This document shows, piece after piece, positions 11,695-21,565 of a stretch of DNA of 64,000 nt (its first letter is position 1; each line of letters begins with the position of its first letter). A program made the position numbers and the translations under genes. The notes beneath the pieces were generated by a model. The model did no database searches, was not told the DNA's origin, and saw only the letters and a list, made by a program, of their open reading frames with translations. The DNA comes from an uncultured delta proteobacterium (GTDB lineage Bacteria > Desulfobacterota > Binatia > UTPRO1): assembly GCA_963797545.1 (NCBI GenBank), contig CAWCPU010000005.1:254108-318107 (forward strand). The letters run 5' to 3'.

Positions 11695-13166
11695 CCCGCG
11701 AAGCGCTCCCGCATCACCAGCACGATCGGGTTCTCGAGCAGGCGCTTCAGCTCCTCGAGGAAGCGGCCGCCGATGACGCCGTCGATGATGCGATGATCGC
11801 AGGAGAGCGTCACCGGCATCGTCCGCGCGGCGACGACGGCGCCGGCGCGCACCACCGGCCGCTCCTTGATCGCGCCCACCGCCAGAATCGCGGCTTGCGG
11901 CGGATTGATGACGGCGGTGAAGTCCTCGATGTCGAGCATCCCCATGTTGCTGACGGTGAAGGTGCCGCCGGAGAGGTCCTCGCTCGCGAACCGGCCGCGC
12001 TTCGCCTGCTCGGCGAGCCGGCGCGCCTCGATCGCGATCTCCTCGAGCGAGAGCTCGTCCACGTGCCGCAGGATCGGCACGATCAAGCCGTCGTCGACGG
12101 CGACCGCGAGGCCGAGGTTGACGTCGCCCTTCACCTCGATCGCGCCGTCGCGATACGAGGCGTTCAGCCTCGGGTGGCGCCTGAGCGCGAGCGCCGTCGC
12201 CTTGAGCACGAGGTGCGTGTACGTGATCGGCGTGCCGCTCAGCTCCGCCTCGTCGAGGGCGTGCTTCAGACGGACCGCCTCGGTCATGTCGATCGTGGTC
12301 CTGACGTAGAAGTGCGGGACGTCGCGGAACGCCTCGGTCATGCGGCGTGCGATCGACTGGCGCATGCGCGAGAGCTCCTGGCGCTCGGCGACGGCCGGCG
12401 CCGCGGCGCGCGCCGCCGACGGGCGCGTCGCACGCCCGGCGTCGTCACCCGCGGGCGGCGCCTCGCGGGTGCCGCGTGCCGCTCGCGCCGCGGCGCCAGC
12501 CTCGTCGACTTCGCGATCGCCGTCGTGGCTGGCGTGCGCCGGCCGCTCGGCCTGGCGGCGCCCTTGCACGTCCTCTTTCACCACGCGTCCGTCGGGACCG
12601 CTGCCGCGGACCGATCGCAGGTCGATGCCGCGCTCGGCGGCGATCTTGCGTGCCGCCGGAGACGTCTTGACGTCCGGACGCGACGCGGCGTCGCGCGACC
12701 GACGCCCGTCGACAGCAGTCGCGGATGCGCCGCCCGGCGCTCGCGCGGCCGCGGACGGCTCGTGGCCTGCGCGCTCCGTCGCCGCGGTTTCCCGCCGCGG
12801 CGGCGCGGCTGCCGCCGGCTCGCCCTCGTCCTCGTCGGCTTCAGTCGCGACGGCGGCGCTCCGCTCCGCCGCCCGTCCGTCGCCGGCCGCGGCCGCGTTC
12901 GCCGGCGCCCGGCGGCCGGCCGCCGCGCCGTGGTCGTCGACGACGGCGATCACCGCGCCGACGGCGGCGCTCTCGCCGGCGCCGACCTTGATCTCGCTGA
13001 GCACGCCGCTCTCCGCGGCCTCCACCTCCATGTCGGCCTTGTCGGTCTCGACCTCCGCGATCGGCTCGCCCGCCGTGATCGCGTCGCCGACGTTCTTCAG
13101 CCACTTGAGGATCATGCCCTCTTCCATCGTGTCGCTGAGCTTCGGCATGACGATCTCGACGGCCAT
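11691..13166 (-). CDS. Dihydrolipoamide acyltransferase (E2 of a 2-oxoacid dehydrogenase)
   Basis: MPKLSDTMEEG, lipoyl ETDKA, SPAARKIA...GSGPDGRV, GGTFTVSNMG, SCDHRIIDG. Confidence 0.93.
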   Translation of the reverse strand: MAVEIVMPKLSDTMEEGMILKWLKNVGDAITAGEPIAEVETDKADMEVEAAESGVLSEIKVGAGESAAVGAVIAVVDDHGAAAGRRAPANAAAAGDGRAAERSAAVATEADEDEGEPAAAAPPRRETAATERAGHEPSAAARAPGGASATAVDGRRSRDAASRPDVKTSPAARKIAAERGIDLRSVRGSGPDGRVVKEDVQGRRQAERPAHASHDGDREVDEAGAAARAARGTREAPPAGDDAGRATRPSAARAAAPAVAERQELSRMRQSIARRMTEAFRDVPHFYVRTTIDMTEAVRLKHALDEAELSGTPITYTHLVLKATALALRRHPRLNASYRDGAIEVKGDVNLGLAVAVDDGLIVPILRHVDELSLEEIAIEARRLAEQAKRGRFASEDLSGGTFTVSNMGMLDIEDFTAVINPPQAAILAVGAIKERPVVRAGAVVAARTMPVTLSCDHRIIDGVIGGRFLEELKRLLENPIVLVMRERFAG

Positions 13167-13172
13167 GCGGCG

Positions 13173-13178
13173 ATTATA
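13173..13178 (-). promoter_or_regulatory. TATAAT -10 box 6 nt before the E2 ATG (leaderless promoter candidate)
   Basis: Minus strand TATAAT-cgccgc-ATG, no Shine-Dalgarno. Confidence 0.55.
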
Positions 13179-13273
13179 GGGGCGAACCCCTGGGCAGGAA
13201 ACCGCGTGTCTCGCCGGCGGCGCCGGCACCGGCGCAGCCGGCGGCGACGTCCGGGGCGCCGACCGCCGACGGA

Positions 13274-13939
13274 TCAGCGGAGCGCGGGCGCCGCGGCGGC
13301 GACCGGCTCCGCGCACGGCGCGAACGACCGGCGATGGATCGGGCTCGGCCCATGCGCACGCAGCGCCGCGAGGTGCTCGCGGGTCGCGTAGCCGACGTGC
13401 CGGCAGAAGCCGTACTGCGGATAGCGCGCGTCGCACTCGCGCATGATCCCATCGCGATGCACCTTGGCGATGATCGAGGCCGCCGCGATCGAGTAGACGA
13501 ACGAGTCGCCTTTCGCGTAGCGCGTCTGCGGCACCAAGAGATCCGGGATGTGGCGGCCGTCGACGAGCACGTGCTCGGCGGCGACCGCAAGCCCCTCGAC
13601 CGCGAGCCGCATCGCCTTCAGCCCGGCTTGGTAGATGTTGAGGCGGTCGATCTCCGCCGGCTCGACGACGCCGAGCGCCGTCGCGACCGCGCGCTCGCGG
13701 ATCGCGACCGCGGCGCGCTCGCGCGCGTCGTGGGTCAGCATCTTCGAGTCGGCGATGCCGGGAATGGCGGTGCCGTCGGCGAAGATCACCGCCGCCGCGA
13801 CCACGGGCCCGGCGAGCGGGCCCATCCCGACCTCGTCGACGCCGGCGACGTAGGCGATGCCGGCGCGCCACAGCAGGCGTTCGAAGTGCAGCTCGGTCGT
13901 GATCCGTCGCGTCTTCCGCCGGCGCTTGCGTTTCGCCAC
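13274..13939 (-). CDS. rnhB: Ribonuclease HII
   Basis: AGVDEVGMGPLAGPVVAAAV, DSKML, VLVDG, KGD...IAAASIIAKVHRD, HRRSF. Confidence 0.95.
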   Translation of the reverse strand: MAKRKRRRKTRRITTELHFERLLWRAGIAYVAGVDEVGMGPLAGPVVAAAVIFADGTAIPGIADSKMLTHDARERAAVAIRERAVATALGVVEPAEIDRLNIYQAGLKAMRLAVEGLAVAAEHVLVDGRHIPDLLVPQTRYAKGDSFVYSIAAASIIAKVHRDGIMRECDARYPQYGFCRHVGYATREHLAALRAHGPSPIHRRSFAPCAEPVAAAAPALR

Positions 13940-13987
13940 GCGCGTCCCCCCCCGCGGGTCACGAGTCGCACGGCCGCGCGCGCGCTG

Positions 13988-15091
13988 TCAAGAAAACGTC
14001 CGCTCGACGAACCAGAACAGCGCGACCGCGAGGATGACGCCGGAGCAGACGCCGACGATCGCGCGCCGCTGCGGCGCGCGCTGGATCGCGGCGATCACCG
14101 GATACGCCAGGACGACGACGGTCAGCTGCCCCGCCTCGACGCCGAGATTGAACGCCAGCAACGATGCCGCGAGGTCGCGCGTCGGCAGGTGCATGCCGCG
14201 AAGGACGGACGCGAAGCCGAACCCGTGCACCAGGCCGAAGACGAAGGTGATGCGCCAGCGGCCGGCGCTCCGGTCGAAGACGACGTTCTCGAGCGCGACC
14301 CAGGCGATCGAGAGCGCGATCACCGCCTCGACGGGCCGGCTCGGCAGCGTGACGATCTCGAGGGTCGCGAGCGCCAGCGTGATCGAATGAGCGATCGTGA
14401 AGGCGCTGACGATCCCGATCAAGACACGCAGGCCGCCGCCGACGAGCAGGAGCGCGAGCAGGAAGAGGATGTGATCGTATCCGGTCGCGATGTGCTCGAC
14501 GCCGAGGAGGAAGAAGCGCCGGAACGTGGTCGCGACGCCGCCGCCGGTGTCGAAAACCACCTCGGTCGTGTCGCGGGTGAAGATCCGCTCCTCGAGGTGG
14601 TCGCCGTAGCGGATCTTGGCGAAGTCGTAGCCGTTGCCGCCGGAAACGGCGAGCAGCCCGAAGCGGATGCGGATCGGCGGATCGCCCGAGCACGGTCCAC
14701 GCAGGCGAAAGAGGACGCCGCCGTTGCCGACGAGGGAGAAGTCCTCGAGCGAGAGTGGACACGGGCGCCCGCCCGACTCGACGACGAGCGTCCGGTCGAA
14801 GAGCCGCCGGAGAAGGGGAAATACGGCCAGCACCTCGTCGGCCGTCAGCACCCCGTCGGCGTCGGTATCGGCATCGGGCACGTCGTGATTCGAGAGCGTG
14901 AGATCGTAGCGGACGCGGCCGTTCTCGATCGCGATCTCGGAATAGCTGACGCCCTGCTGGTGCGCCTGCGCCGGCGCCGCGCCGCCGGCGCCGGCGAGGA
15001 CGCCGAGCAACACGATCGCGCCCCAGCGGCGCGACGGCGCTCCTCGCCGGGCCGTCGCAGGCGATCGCCCGCCGCGGCGACGGGCAGGCAT
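13988..15091 (-). CDS. HupE/UreJ family membrane protein with N-terminal exported domain
   Basis: Signal peptide ending AQA-H; GVEHIATGYDHILFLLAL, FTIAHSITL, FGLVHGFGFA, FNLGVEAGQ. Confidence 0.9.
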   Translation of the reverse strand: MPARRRGGRSPATARRGAPSRRWGAIVLLGVLAGAGGAAPAQAHQQGVSYSEIAIENGRVRYDLTLSNHDVPDADTDADGVLTADEVLAVFPLLRRLFDRTLVVESGGRPCPLSLEDFSLVGNGGVLFRLRGPCSGDPPIRIRFGLLAVSGGNGYDFAKIRYGDHLEERIFTRDTTEVVFDTGGGVATTFRRFFLLGVEHIATGYDHILFLLALLLVGGGLRVLIGIVSAFTIAHSITLALATLEIVTLPSRPVEAVIALSIAWVALENVVFDRSAGRWRITFVFGLVHGFGFASVLRGMHLPTRDLAASLLAFNLGVEAGQLTVVVLAYPVIAAIQRAPQRRAIVGVCSGVILAVALFWFVERTFS

Positions 15092-15149
15092 CCAGCGGCC
15101 GCGCGCCGGGGCGACCTCCCCGCGAGGCGCGCGTCCTCGGCCGCTCGGC

Positions 15150-16382
15150 TCAGTGCTCGTGGCTTTCCTTCCCGAGCGCCACGTTTGCGATCTTTCGCAC
15201 GCGCGCGTCGGGATGATGCTCCGCCTGATCCTCGAGAACCTCGACCGCCTGCCACTTCCCCGAGCGCTTGAGCGCGAAAGCGGCGGCGGTCTGGGCGTCG
15301 AGCGTCCCGTGCTCGAGCACGTCCGCGAGCGCCGCGATCGCGGCCGGGCTGCCGATCCGCCCGAGCGACTCGGCGGCGGCGTTGATGCGTTCCTTGTCGT
15401 CCTCGTGCAGCGCCTTGGCGAGCAGCGCGACGGCGCGATCGCTCGTGACCCCGCCGAGCGCCTGCAGCGTCGCGACGCGGACCTCCGAAGCGGGATCGGC
15501 GGCGAGGATCGCCTCGAGGCGATCGAGCGCCGCGGGCGAGCCGTCTTGCGCCAGGCCGCGTACCGCCGCGATCCGGAGCGCCGGGTCGTCGCGCCGCGAG
15601 TACGCGAGCAGACGCGCCTCGTCCGGCGGCTTGCCGACGCTCACCAACGCGTCGACGGCGGCGGCCTCCAACGGACCGCCCGACGCGGCGATCTTCTCGG
15701 CGATCGCGCCGATGCCGGCGGCGCCGTGCCGGGCGAGATGGACCAGCGGCGCGGCGCGCACCGTCGGCGGGATGCGCGGATCGGCGAGAAACGCGGCGAG
15801 CGGCGCGAGCGCCTCCGCGTCGAGGAGCGGCATCAGCGCATCCCGCTCCTCGAGCGTCGCCAGCGCGTCGGCGCGAAGCCGCGGCACCGGACTGGCGAGC
15901 AGCGTGCCGAGGTGGCGGGCGGTCGCGGCGGGATCGTCACGCACCGTGAGGTACGTGACGAGCGGCTCGATCATCGCCGGATCGCTCAGGGTGGCGACGT
16001 CGGCGGCCGTGTCGAGCCGCTCGGTCCAGCGCCAGTACGTGCCCTCGCCGAGCGCCTCCCGATACGAGGTGTAGTTCGGCAACGGCACCGCGAAGACCAG
16101 CGTCCGCGTCCCGGTCGCGAAGTACGGCTTGGTCGTCGGAAAAAGCATCTCCTGCACGAGCATGAGCTCGCCGTCGAGCGCGCCGCCTTTGAGCACGCGC
16201 GCCGGCTCGACCGTGAAGACCTCGAGCTTGCCGCCCTCGGCGACGGCGGTCTTCGCAACCGTCCCGACCGCGACGACGTCGGACTGGTCGGCGAGATCGA
16301 AGACCGAGGCGGCGGTCGCAACCCGACCGGGCAGCCCGAGCCCGAGCGCACACGTGAGAGCGAGGGGGACGAAGCGACGCAT
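15150..16382 (-). CDS. Exported HEAT-repeat protein
   Basis: Signal peptide MRRFVPLALTCALGLG; repeated LRIAAVRGLA, VRVATLQALG, AAAESLGRIG units; ends ESHEH. Confidence 0.8.
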   Translation of the reverse strand: MRRFVPLALTCALGLGLPGRVATAASVFDLADQSDVVAVGTVAKTAVAEGGKLEVFTVEPARVLKGGALDGELMLVQEMLFPTTKPYFATGTRTLVFAVPLPNYTSYREALGEGTYWRWTERLDTAADVATLSDPAMIEPLVTYLTVRDDPAATARHLGTLLASPVPRLRADALATLEERDALMPLLDAEALAPLAAFLADPRIPPTVRAAPLVHLARHGAAGIGAIAEKIAASGGPLEAAAVDALVSVGKPPDEARLLAYSRRDDPALRIAAVRGLAQDGSPAALDRLEAILAADPASEVRVATLQALGGVTSDRAVALLAKALHEDDKERINAAAESLGRIGSPAAIAALADVLEHGTLDAQTAAAFALKRSGKWQAVEVLEDQAEHHPDARVRKIANVALGKESHEH

Positions 16383-16461
16383 GCGAGGACGCGGAGGAAA
16401 CCGATCCCGCGAGCCCGACGGCCCGCGGGGCGATGCGCAGCGGTACATTCGAAGCGTTCTA

Positions 16462-16493
16462 GCGGGGGCGGTCCCGGTTGGGAACGCCCCCGC
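16462..16493 (-). terminator. GC-rich hairpin after the metallohydrolase gene
   Basis: GCGGGGGCG...CGCCCCCGC stem 12 nt after the stop; no U-tract. Confidence 0.4.
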
Positions 16494-16504
16494 CCGAGGA
16501 GGGA

Positions 16505-19500
16505 TCAGGGAATCGTGACGCCCTTGTACATCCCGTCGCCGTCACGATCGACGAAGAGCGGGTTGGTGAGCGCCAGCGCGGTCACGCCGCAGTCGCCGGT
16601 CGTGACGCTGGCGAGCTGCGCGACGGTTGCGTTCACGTCCTGACAAGTGCCGAAGAACGGCGAGCACTGCGCGTTGTTCGCGCACGGCACGCATGCATTG
16701 GCGGTGCACGAGCGCTTGGAGATCGACGTCGGGTTCATCGGGAACATCGGCGGCGAGATGCCGTCGCGGCCGCGCACGACCACCACCACCCACGCATCCT
16801 GGCTGAGCGTGACCATCTGCGAGACGCTGCTGTGGAGCTGGAAATCGCCGTCGACGCCGGCGATCGTGCCCGGGATCACCGGGAACGTGTAATCCGGGGT
16901 GGCGGTGCAGACCTTCTTCGCGCCGCCGACGAAGTTCGCCGGCGTCGTCGTGCAGGACGGCACGTTGTTCACGTAGATCTCGATGATGTCGAACGGCGCC
17001 CACGTCGGGCTGTTGACGTCGACGTTGATGGTCGCGTTGCCGCTCACGACCGCGGGCGCGATCATCGGGTTGCCGAGCGCGTGCCGCGCGGTCATGCCGC
17101 TGTCGCCGACGATGCTCACCTTGACGAACGGCCCGTTGGTGAGGATCGCGCGCCCGTCGTTCAGGTTGTCGGCGAGCTCGGTCGGCGAGATCGACGACGG
17201 GTCGTCCGTCGACGACGCGATCATCGTCCGCGGACCGCCCGCCTGGACGACGGTCGTGGTGTGCGTGTCGGAGTCGGCGACCATCGCCTTCCGTTGCAGC
17301 GGGTGCGCCGCGTCGAAGTTGTTCAGCATGTTGAAGTAGTCGCCGAGGTTCTCGCCGATCGCCAGGGCGTTCTGCGCGCGGCCGTTCTCGATCCAGATCT
17401 CGAGCGCGGTCAGCTCGTCGGTGTAGAGGTTGGTGATCGACGGGTCCTGTCTGACCGCGGCCGGGCTCGTCGAGGACTGCGGCGGCACGGCCGTGGTGTC
17501 GATGCCGTGGAGGCGGAAGAAGCCGAGCGTCGGGCTGTTGAAGTGATTCGCCTGAACGACGTGCGCGTTGTACGGCGGCGCCTTCGCCACCAACGCCATC
17601 TCGTCCGGGCTGAGATCGTAGCTGCCGTCCGACGGATAGCCGAAGCCCGCGGGCTCGCCGTCACGGCCCCAGTCGAGCGCACCGCCGGTGACGCTCGCCG
17701 GATCGACGGCGGAGAGCGGATAGGCGCCGAAGTGGCCGCTGTCGAAGTACGTGATCTCGTCGCTGACCGCGGACTTCACGAGCGCGCTCGCGCCGGGAAT
17801 CGCGGCGATCTCGCTCGAGAGATCGGTCACGAAGTCGTGATCGCTGGCGACGAAGTAGTTCACGCCTTCGGCGAGCATCGTCACGATGCGCTCGCGCTTG
17901 GTGATCTGCGAGTCGGGGCTGTTGATCAGATGGACGTGATGATCCGCCGAGACGAAACCGGTGGTATCGACGACGCGCGTGAGCGTCGCGTTGATGACCA
18001 GCGGCGAGCCGGGGCTGCCGGCGGGAACCGCGGTGACCGCGGTCTTGAAGACGCTGTACTCCGGCCCGTGCGAGACCACGAACTGGTACGAGCCGGGCGG
18101 CACCGCGAACACGCCGGTCGTCCCGGTCGGATCGGCGAACTGCACCTCCGGGAGACCGTAGATCGTGCCCTTCTCGCGCGCGTCGTAGCCGAAGACGTTG
18201 CCGCTGACGCTCGCCAAGACCGCGTTCTCGACGATCGTCGGATCGGGCGCGGCGTCGAGCCCGACGACGGAGACCTTGGCCGGCAACGGATTCGACCCGT
18301 CGTCGATGTTCACCTCGACGAAGCCGGTCGCGGGCACGTCGAAATCGACGACGGTCGTACCGCCGCCGATCTTGATGTCCTTCTCGACCGGAACCGCGCC
18401 GCCGCCCTCGTAGGGATAGCCGAGGATCTTCACCAACGCCTTGTACTCGCCCTTCGGCAGCGTCCCTTGGAAGTAGCCGCCGTCCTTGGTGACGAAGACG
18501 TCGACCAGCCCCGATTGCGCGGTGCGATCGCCGGGGACGCGGGTGATCGCGACCCGCGCCCCGTCGTGCGGCACGCCGGCGACGGTCACGGTGCCTTGCA
18601 CCCAGCCGGTCTTCTTCGCCGTCGGATCGACGATCTGGTACTCGGGATCGGTGCTGGCGACGAGCTTGTGCCGTGCGTCGAGGACCTTCCCCATGCCGTT
18701 GTCGCTCACCGCGAAGAAGCGCGTGAACGAGTTCATCCCGCCGGCGTCGATGTGAAAGGCGCCGGCCGGCTTGTTCGCGTCGGGTGAGAGCAGGATCGGC
18801 ACGATGTTCTGGCCGTACAGCGGCACCGTCACGCCGGATTGCGTGAAGGAGCTGGTGAAGTCGTAGAGCTGCGGAATCAACCCGTACGAGACGCCGAGCG
18901 CCTCGCCGTAACCGACCCAGCCGAGATAGTTGAAGGTCTGCTGGCCCGTCGACTGGTCGCCGCCGATGCGAATCGCCGCCTCGCCGAAGCCCAGGCCGGG
19001 CGCGAGGAACTCGAGCTGCGCGCCGCCGCTCACGTAATCGCCGACGTAGAGGTCGAGCGGCGAGCCGCCGGTGTTCTGCACGATCGTCTCGATCTTCAGG
19101 AAGTCGTCGCCCGGCCGCAGCGTGTACTCGTTCATGATCGTGGTCGGGATGTCGTTGTCGCGCGCCAAGGGCGGAATCGACAGCGCCGTCGAGAAGCCCT
19201 TGATCGCGACCTGCGGATCGATCGGATCGAAGAGGTCGTCGGGCCCGACGGTTTGGATCTTCGCGGGTCCACCGCCGGCGCCGCTGCTGACGACGCTGAT
19301 GCTGGTCGGATTGTCGGTCGAGGAGATGTTGATGAGCGGCGTGATCTCGCGGAACGCGTCGTGACCCGGCGGGTACGGCGCCGACCAGGGAATCGGACCC
19401 ACCTTGCGCTGGAAGTCGGCGTCCATCAGGTGGCCGCCGTAGGTCAGCATGAAGCTGAACTCGCGGCCGGTGTCGCGGATGATGAAGCGGACGCGGTCGT

Positions 19501-20227
19501 TCTCGATGAGCCAGTCACCGACGCGGCCGTAGGCGACGGGCCCGCCGATCAGCTCGGCGGCCGACGTCACCTGCCGCGCCGACGCGAGCGGCTGGGTCGC
19601 GATCGCCGGGTTCGGCACGCACGTGAACTTCACCGTGTCGCTGTCCTTCTTGCCGAGCGCGTCGATGAACTGGACCTTGATCTTGCCCTTCCCTTTCTTG
19701 ATGCCCTTCTTCAGCGGCACGACGAACGTGCCCTCGCTCGAGCACACGTCGTGGGTCGCGCCCGCGCTCGGGACGATGCTCGCCAGCTCGGTGTCGAGGT
19801 TCCGCCGGTTGTCGCGGTTGAACGGATTCTTGTCGGGCTTGGTCGCGTCCTTGACGCTCGGCGACTTCAGCACGTAGCTCGCGGCGGTCGTCGGCGTGCA
19901 GGTGAAGCGGCTCGTCGACTCGTCGACGTTGACGCACACGCCGACGCTGAACGTGCACTGGCCGGGAGTGAGATCGAGGTCGCACGACGGATCGTTGTCG
20001 AGGCAGGTGATCTTCGCCGTCGGGAAGCCGTGGTTGTCGGGCGGCGGCACCGGCGTGACGGAGAACTCGACGAAGCAGTCCGCGGAACCCTTGCCGCCGG
20101 GGACGCAATCGTCGACGTTCTGGACCGTTCCGCCGACCGCACACGCGGCATGGACGAACCGCGCCGGACCGACGACGATCAACGCGAGAACGGCGGTGCA
20201 CAGAGCGAGCCGTGCGAGCGATTTCAT
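16505..20227 (-). CDS. Large secreted CehA/McbA-like PHP-fold metallohydrolase with Cys-rich N-terminal domain
   Basis: Signal peptide; ADHHVHLINSPDS, ASDHD, SDEIT, GHFGAYPL, ANH, ADSDTH, GGPRT, TNGPFV; GAGG RBS before ATG 20227. Confidence 0.8.
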   Translation of the reverse strand: MKSLARLALCTAVLALIVVGPARFVHAACAVGGTVQNVDDCVPGGKGSADCFVEFSVTPVPPPDNHGFPTAKITCLDNDPSCDLDLTPGQCTFSVGVCVNVDESTSRFTCTPTTAASYVLKSPSVKDATKPDKNPFNRDNRRNLDTELASIVPSAGATHDVCSSEGTFVVPLKKGIKKGKGKIKVQFIDALGKKDSDTVKFTCVPNPAIATQPLASARQVTSAAELIGGPVAYGRVGDWLIENDRVRFIIRDTGREFSFMLTYGGHLMDADFQRKVGPIPWSAPYPPGHDAFREITPLINISSTDNPTSISVVSSGAGGGPAKIQTVGPDDLFDPIDPQVAIKGFSTALSIPPLARDNDIPTTIMNEYTLRPGDDFLKIETIVQNTGGSPLDLYVGDYVSGGAQLEFLAPGLGFGEAAIRIGGDQSTGQQTFNYLGWVGYGEALGVSYGLIPQLYDFTSSFTQSGVTVPLYGQNIVPILLSPDANKPAGAFHIDAGGMNSFTRFFAVSDNGMGKVLDARHKLVASTDPEYQIVDPTAKKTGWVQGTVTVAGVPHDGARVAITRVPGDRTAQSGLVDVFVTKDGGYFQGTLPKGEYKALVKILGYPYEGGGAVPVEKDIKIGGGTTVVDFDVPATGFVEVNIDDGSNPLPAKVSVVGLDAAPDPTIVENAVLASVSGNVFGYDAREKGTIYGLPEVQFADPTGTTGVFAVPPGSYQFVVSHGPEYSVFKTAVTAVPAGSPGSPLVINATLTRVVDTTGFVSADHHVHLINSPDSQITKRERIVTMLAEGVNYFVASDHDFVTDLSSEIAAIPGASALVKSAVSDEITYFDSGHFGAYPLSAVDPASVTGGALDWGRDGEPAGFGYPSDGSYDLSPDEMALVAKAPPYNAHVVQANHFNSPTLGFFRLHGIDTTAVPPQSSTSPAAVRQDPSITNLYTDELTALEIWIENGRAQNALAIGENLGDYFNMLNNFDAAHPLQRKAMVADSDTHTTTVVQAGGPRTMIASSTDDPSSISPTELADNLNDGRAILTNGPFVKVSIVGDSGMTARHALGNPMIAPAVVSGNATINVDVNSPTWAPFDIIEIYVNNVPSCTTTPANFVGGAKKVCTATPDYTFPVIPGTIAGVDGDFQLHSSVSQMVTLSQDAWVVVVVRGRDGISPPMFPMNPTSISKRSCTANACVPCANNAQCSPFFGTCQDVNATVAQLASVTTGDCGVTALALTNPLFVDRDGDGMYKGVTIP

Positions 20228-20374
20228 GAACTCCTCCTCTTTCGAGATACGATGGTGGACTCTCACCGCCGGGAACGATGAGAGACGGCACGCCTGAATG
20301 CCCGACAGCGGTTCCGGCGTCCGGGCCCGACGCGAGATGCGAACCCGCGGAGGAGCCGAAATGCCGTGGCGCCG

Positions 20375-20404
20375 ACGCTAATGACGACTGCCGGGCGCTG
20401 TCAA
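20375..20404 (-). promoter_or_regulatory. Putative sigma70 promoter of the metallohydrolase gene
   Basis: Minus strand TTGACA-N18-TAGCGT; palindrome ACCGTACGGT at 20416-20425 just upstream. Confidence 0.45.
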
Positions 20405-20515
20405 GCAAAATCGCAACCGTACGGTAACCTTGGCGCGGCGCGACCGGCAGGCGACGGCGGCGAGCGCCGGCATCGGGCCTTGACAGACGAAGGGCCGGCG
20501 GACGAGCTTCCGGCG

Positions 20516-21481
20516 ATGGACGCGACGCCGGTAGCACCCGTGGACTCGGCGACCGTGATCGTGCTGCGGCGGCGGCGTGGCGGCGAGTGTGAGGTCCTCC
20601 TCGTCGAGCGCCATGCGCAAAGCCGTGCGTTCGCCGGAGCGTCGGTCTTCCCGGGCGGCGTCCTCGACCCCGCGGACGCGGCGCCGAGCGTGCAGTCGGC
20701 CTCCCGAAACGTGACGCCGTCCGCGGCAGCCGCGCGCCTCGGCGAAGATGTCCCGCCGACGGCGGCGCTGGCGTTCTGGATCGCCGCCGTACGCGAGCTC
20801 TTCGAGGAAACCGGGGTCCTCCTGGCGGAGGCCGGCGGCACGTCGGCCGCCGCGAGCACGGTTGCGGTCCGTGAGCGGATGCGGCAGCGCCGGGCCGCGC
20901 TGCTCTCCGGAGCGCTCACGTTCGCCGACCTCGTCGCCGAGGAGCAGCTCGTGATCGCAACCGATCGATTGCGATACTTCTGCCGATGGATCACCCCGGT
21001 CGCCGCGCCGCGCCGGTACGACGCACGCTTCTTCGTCGCCGAGCTCTCCGACGGCCAGGAGCCGCTTCACGACGAGCGCGAAACGATCGCCACCGTGTGG
21101 ATCAGCCCCGCCGACGCCATCGCCCGGGCCGAAGCCGGCACCATGGTCCTCGCGCCGCCGACGCTCCGCACGCTCGAGGAGCTTCGCGACCTCGGCACCG
21201 TCGACGCGATCCTCGCGGCGGCCGACCGCCGTCGGGTCACGCCGATTCTCCCGAAAGTGACGACGATCGACGGCGCTCCCGCCATCCTCTACCCCGCGGA
21301 CTCAGAATACGAATCGATCGATGCGAGCGACGCCTCGACACGCTGGAGGAGCGCGAGCAAGGATCCCGCGATCTATCCGCGGTCGACATCGCCACCAGAC
21401 GACCCGACGAGCGCCCCCCGCGACCGAGTCCTCCTGCAAAACGGCGTCTGGCGAAGCGTCCGCACTCGTGGAACGCGGTGA
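20516..21481 (+). CDS. NUDIX hydrolase (NUDT19-like)
   Basis: DSATVIVLR, VFPGGVLD, AAVRELFEETGVLL, RWITP...RRYDARFF, PPT. Confidence 0.9.
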   Translation: MDATPVAPVDSATVIVLRRRRGGECEVLLVERHAQSRAFAGASVFPGGVLDPADAAPSVQSASRNVTPSAAAARLGEDVPPTAALAFWIAAVRELFEETGVLLAEAGGTSAAASTVAVRERMRQRRAALLSGALTFADLVAEEQLVIATDRLRYFCRWITPVAAPRRYDARFFVAELSDGQEPLHDERETIATVWISPADAIARAEAGTMVLAPPTLRTLEELRDLGTVDAILAAADRRRVTPILPKVTTIDGAPAILYPADSEYESIDASDASTRWRSASKDPAIYPRSTSPPDDPTSAPRDRVLLQNGVWRSVRTRGTR

Positions 21482-21541
21482 GGGGGAGAGGTTTGTGAGG
21501 GTGTTGGCTTCCGCCCTCACAAACCTCTCCCCCTCACCGCG
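21474..21541. repeat. Perfect 28-bp inverted repeat (REP-like or bidirectional terminator)
   Basis: cgcggtgagggggagaggtttgtgaggg, 12-nt loop, ccctcacaaacctctccccctcaccgcg; lies between convergent genes. Confidence 0.85.
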
Positions 21542-21565
21542 AGCATGCGTCCAGACACGCCTGCC

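Noticed and set aside
10112-13166. E2 with lipB-lipA but no E1 or E3
   Set aside because: Split 2-oxoacid dehydrogenase operons are common; partners are probably elsewhere in the genome
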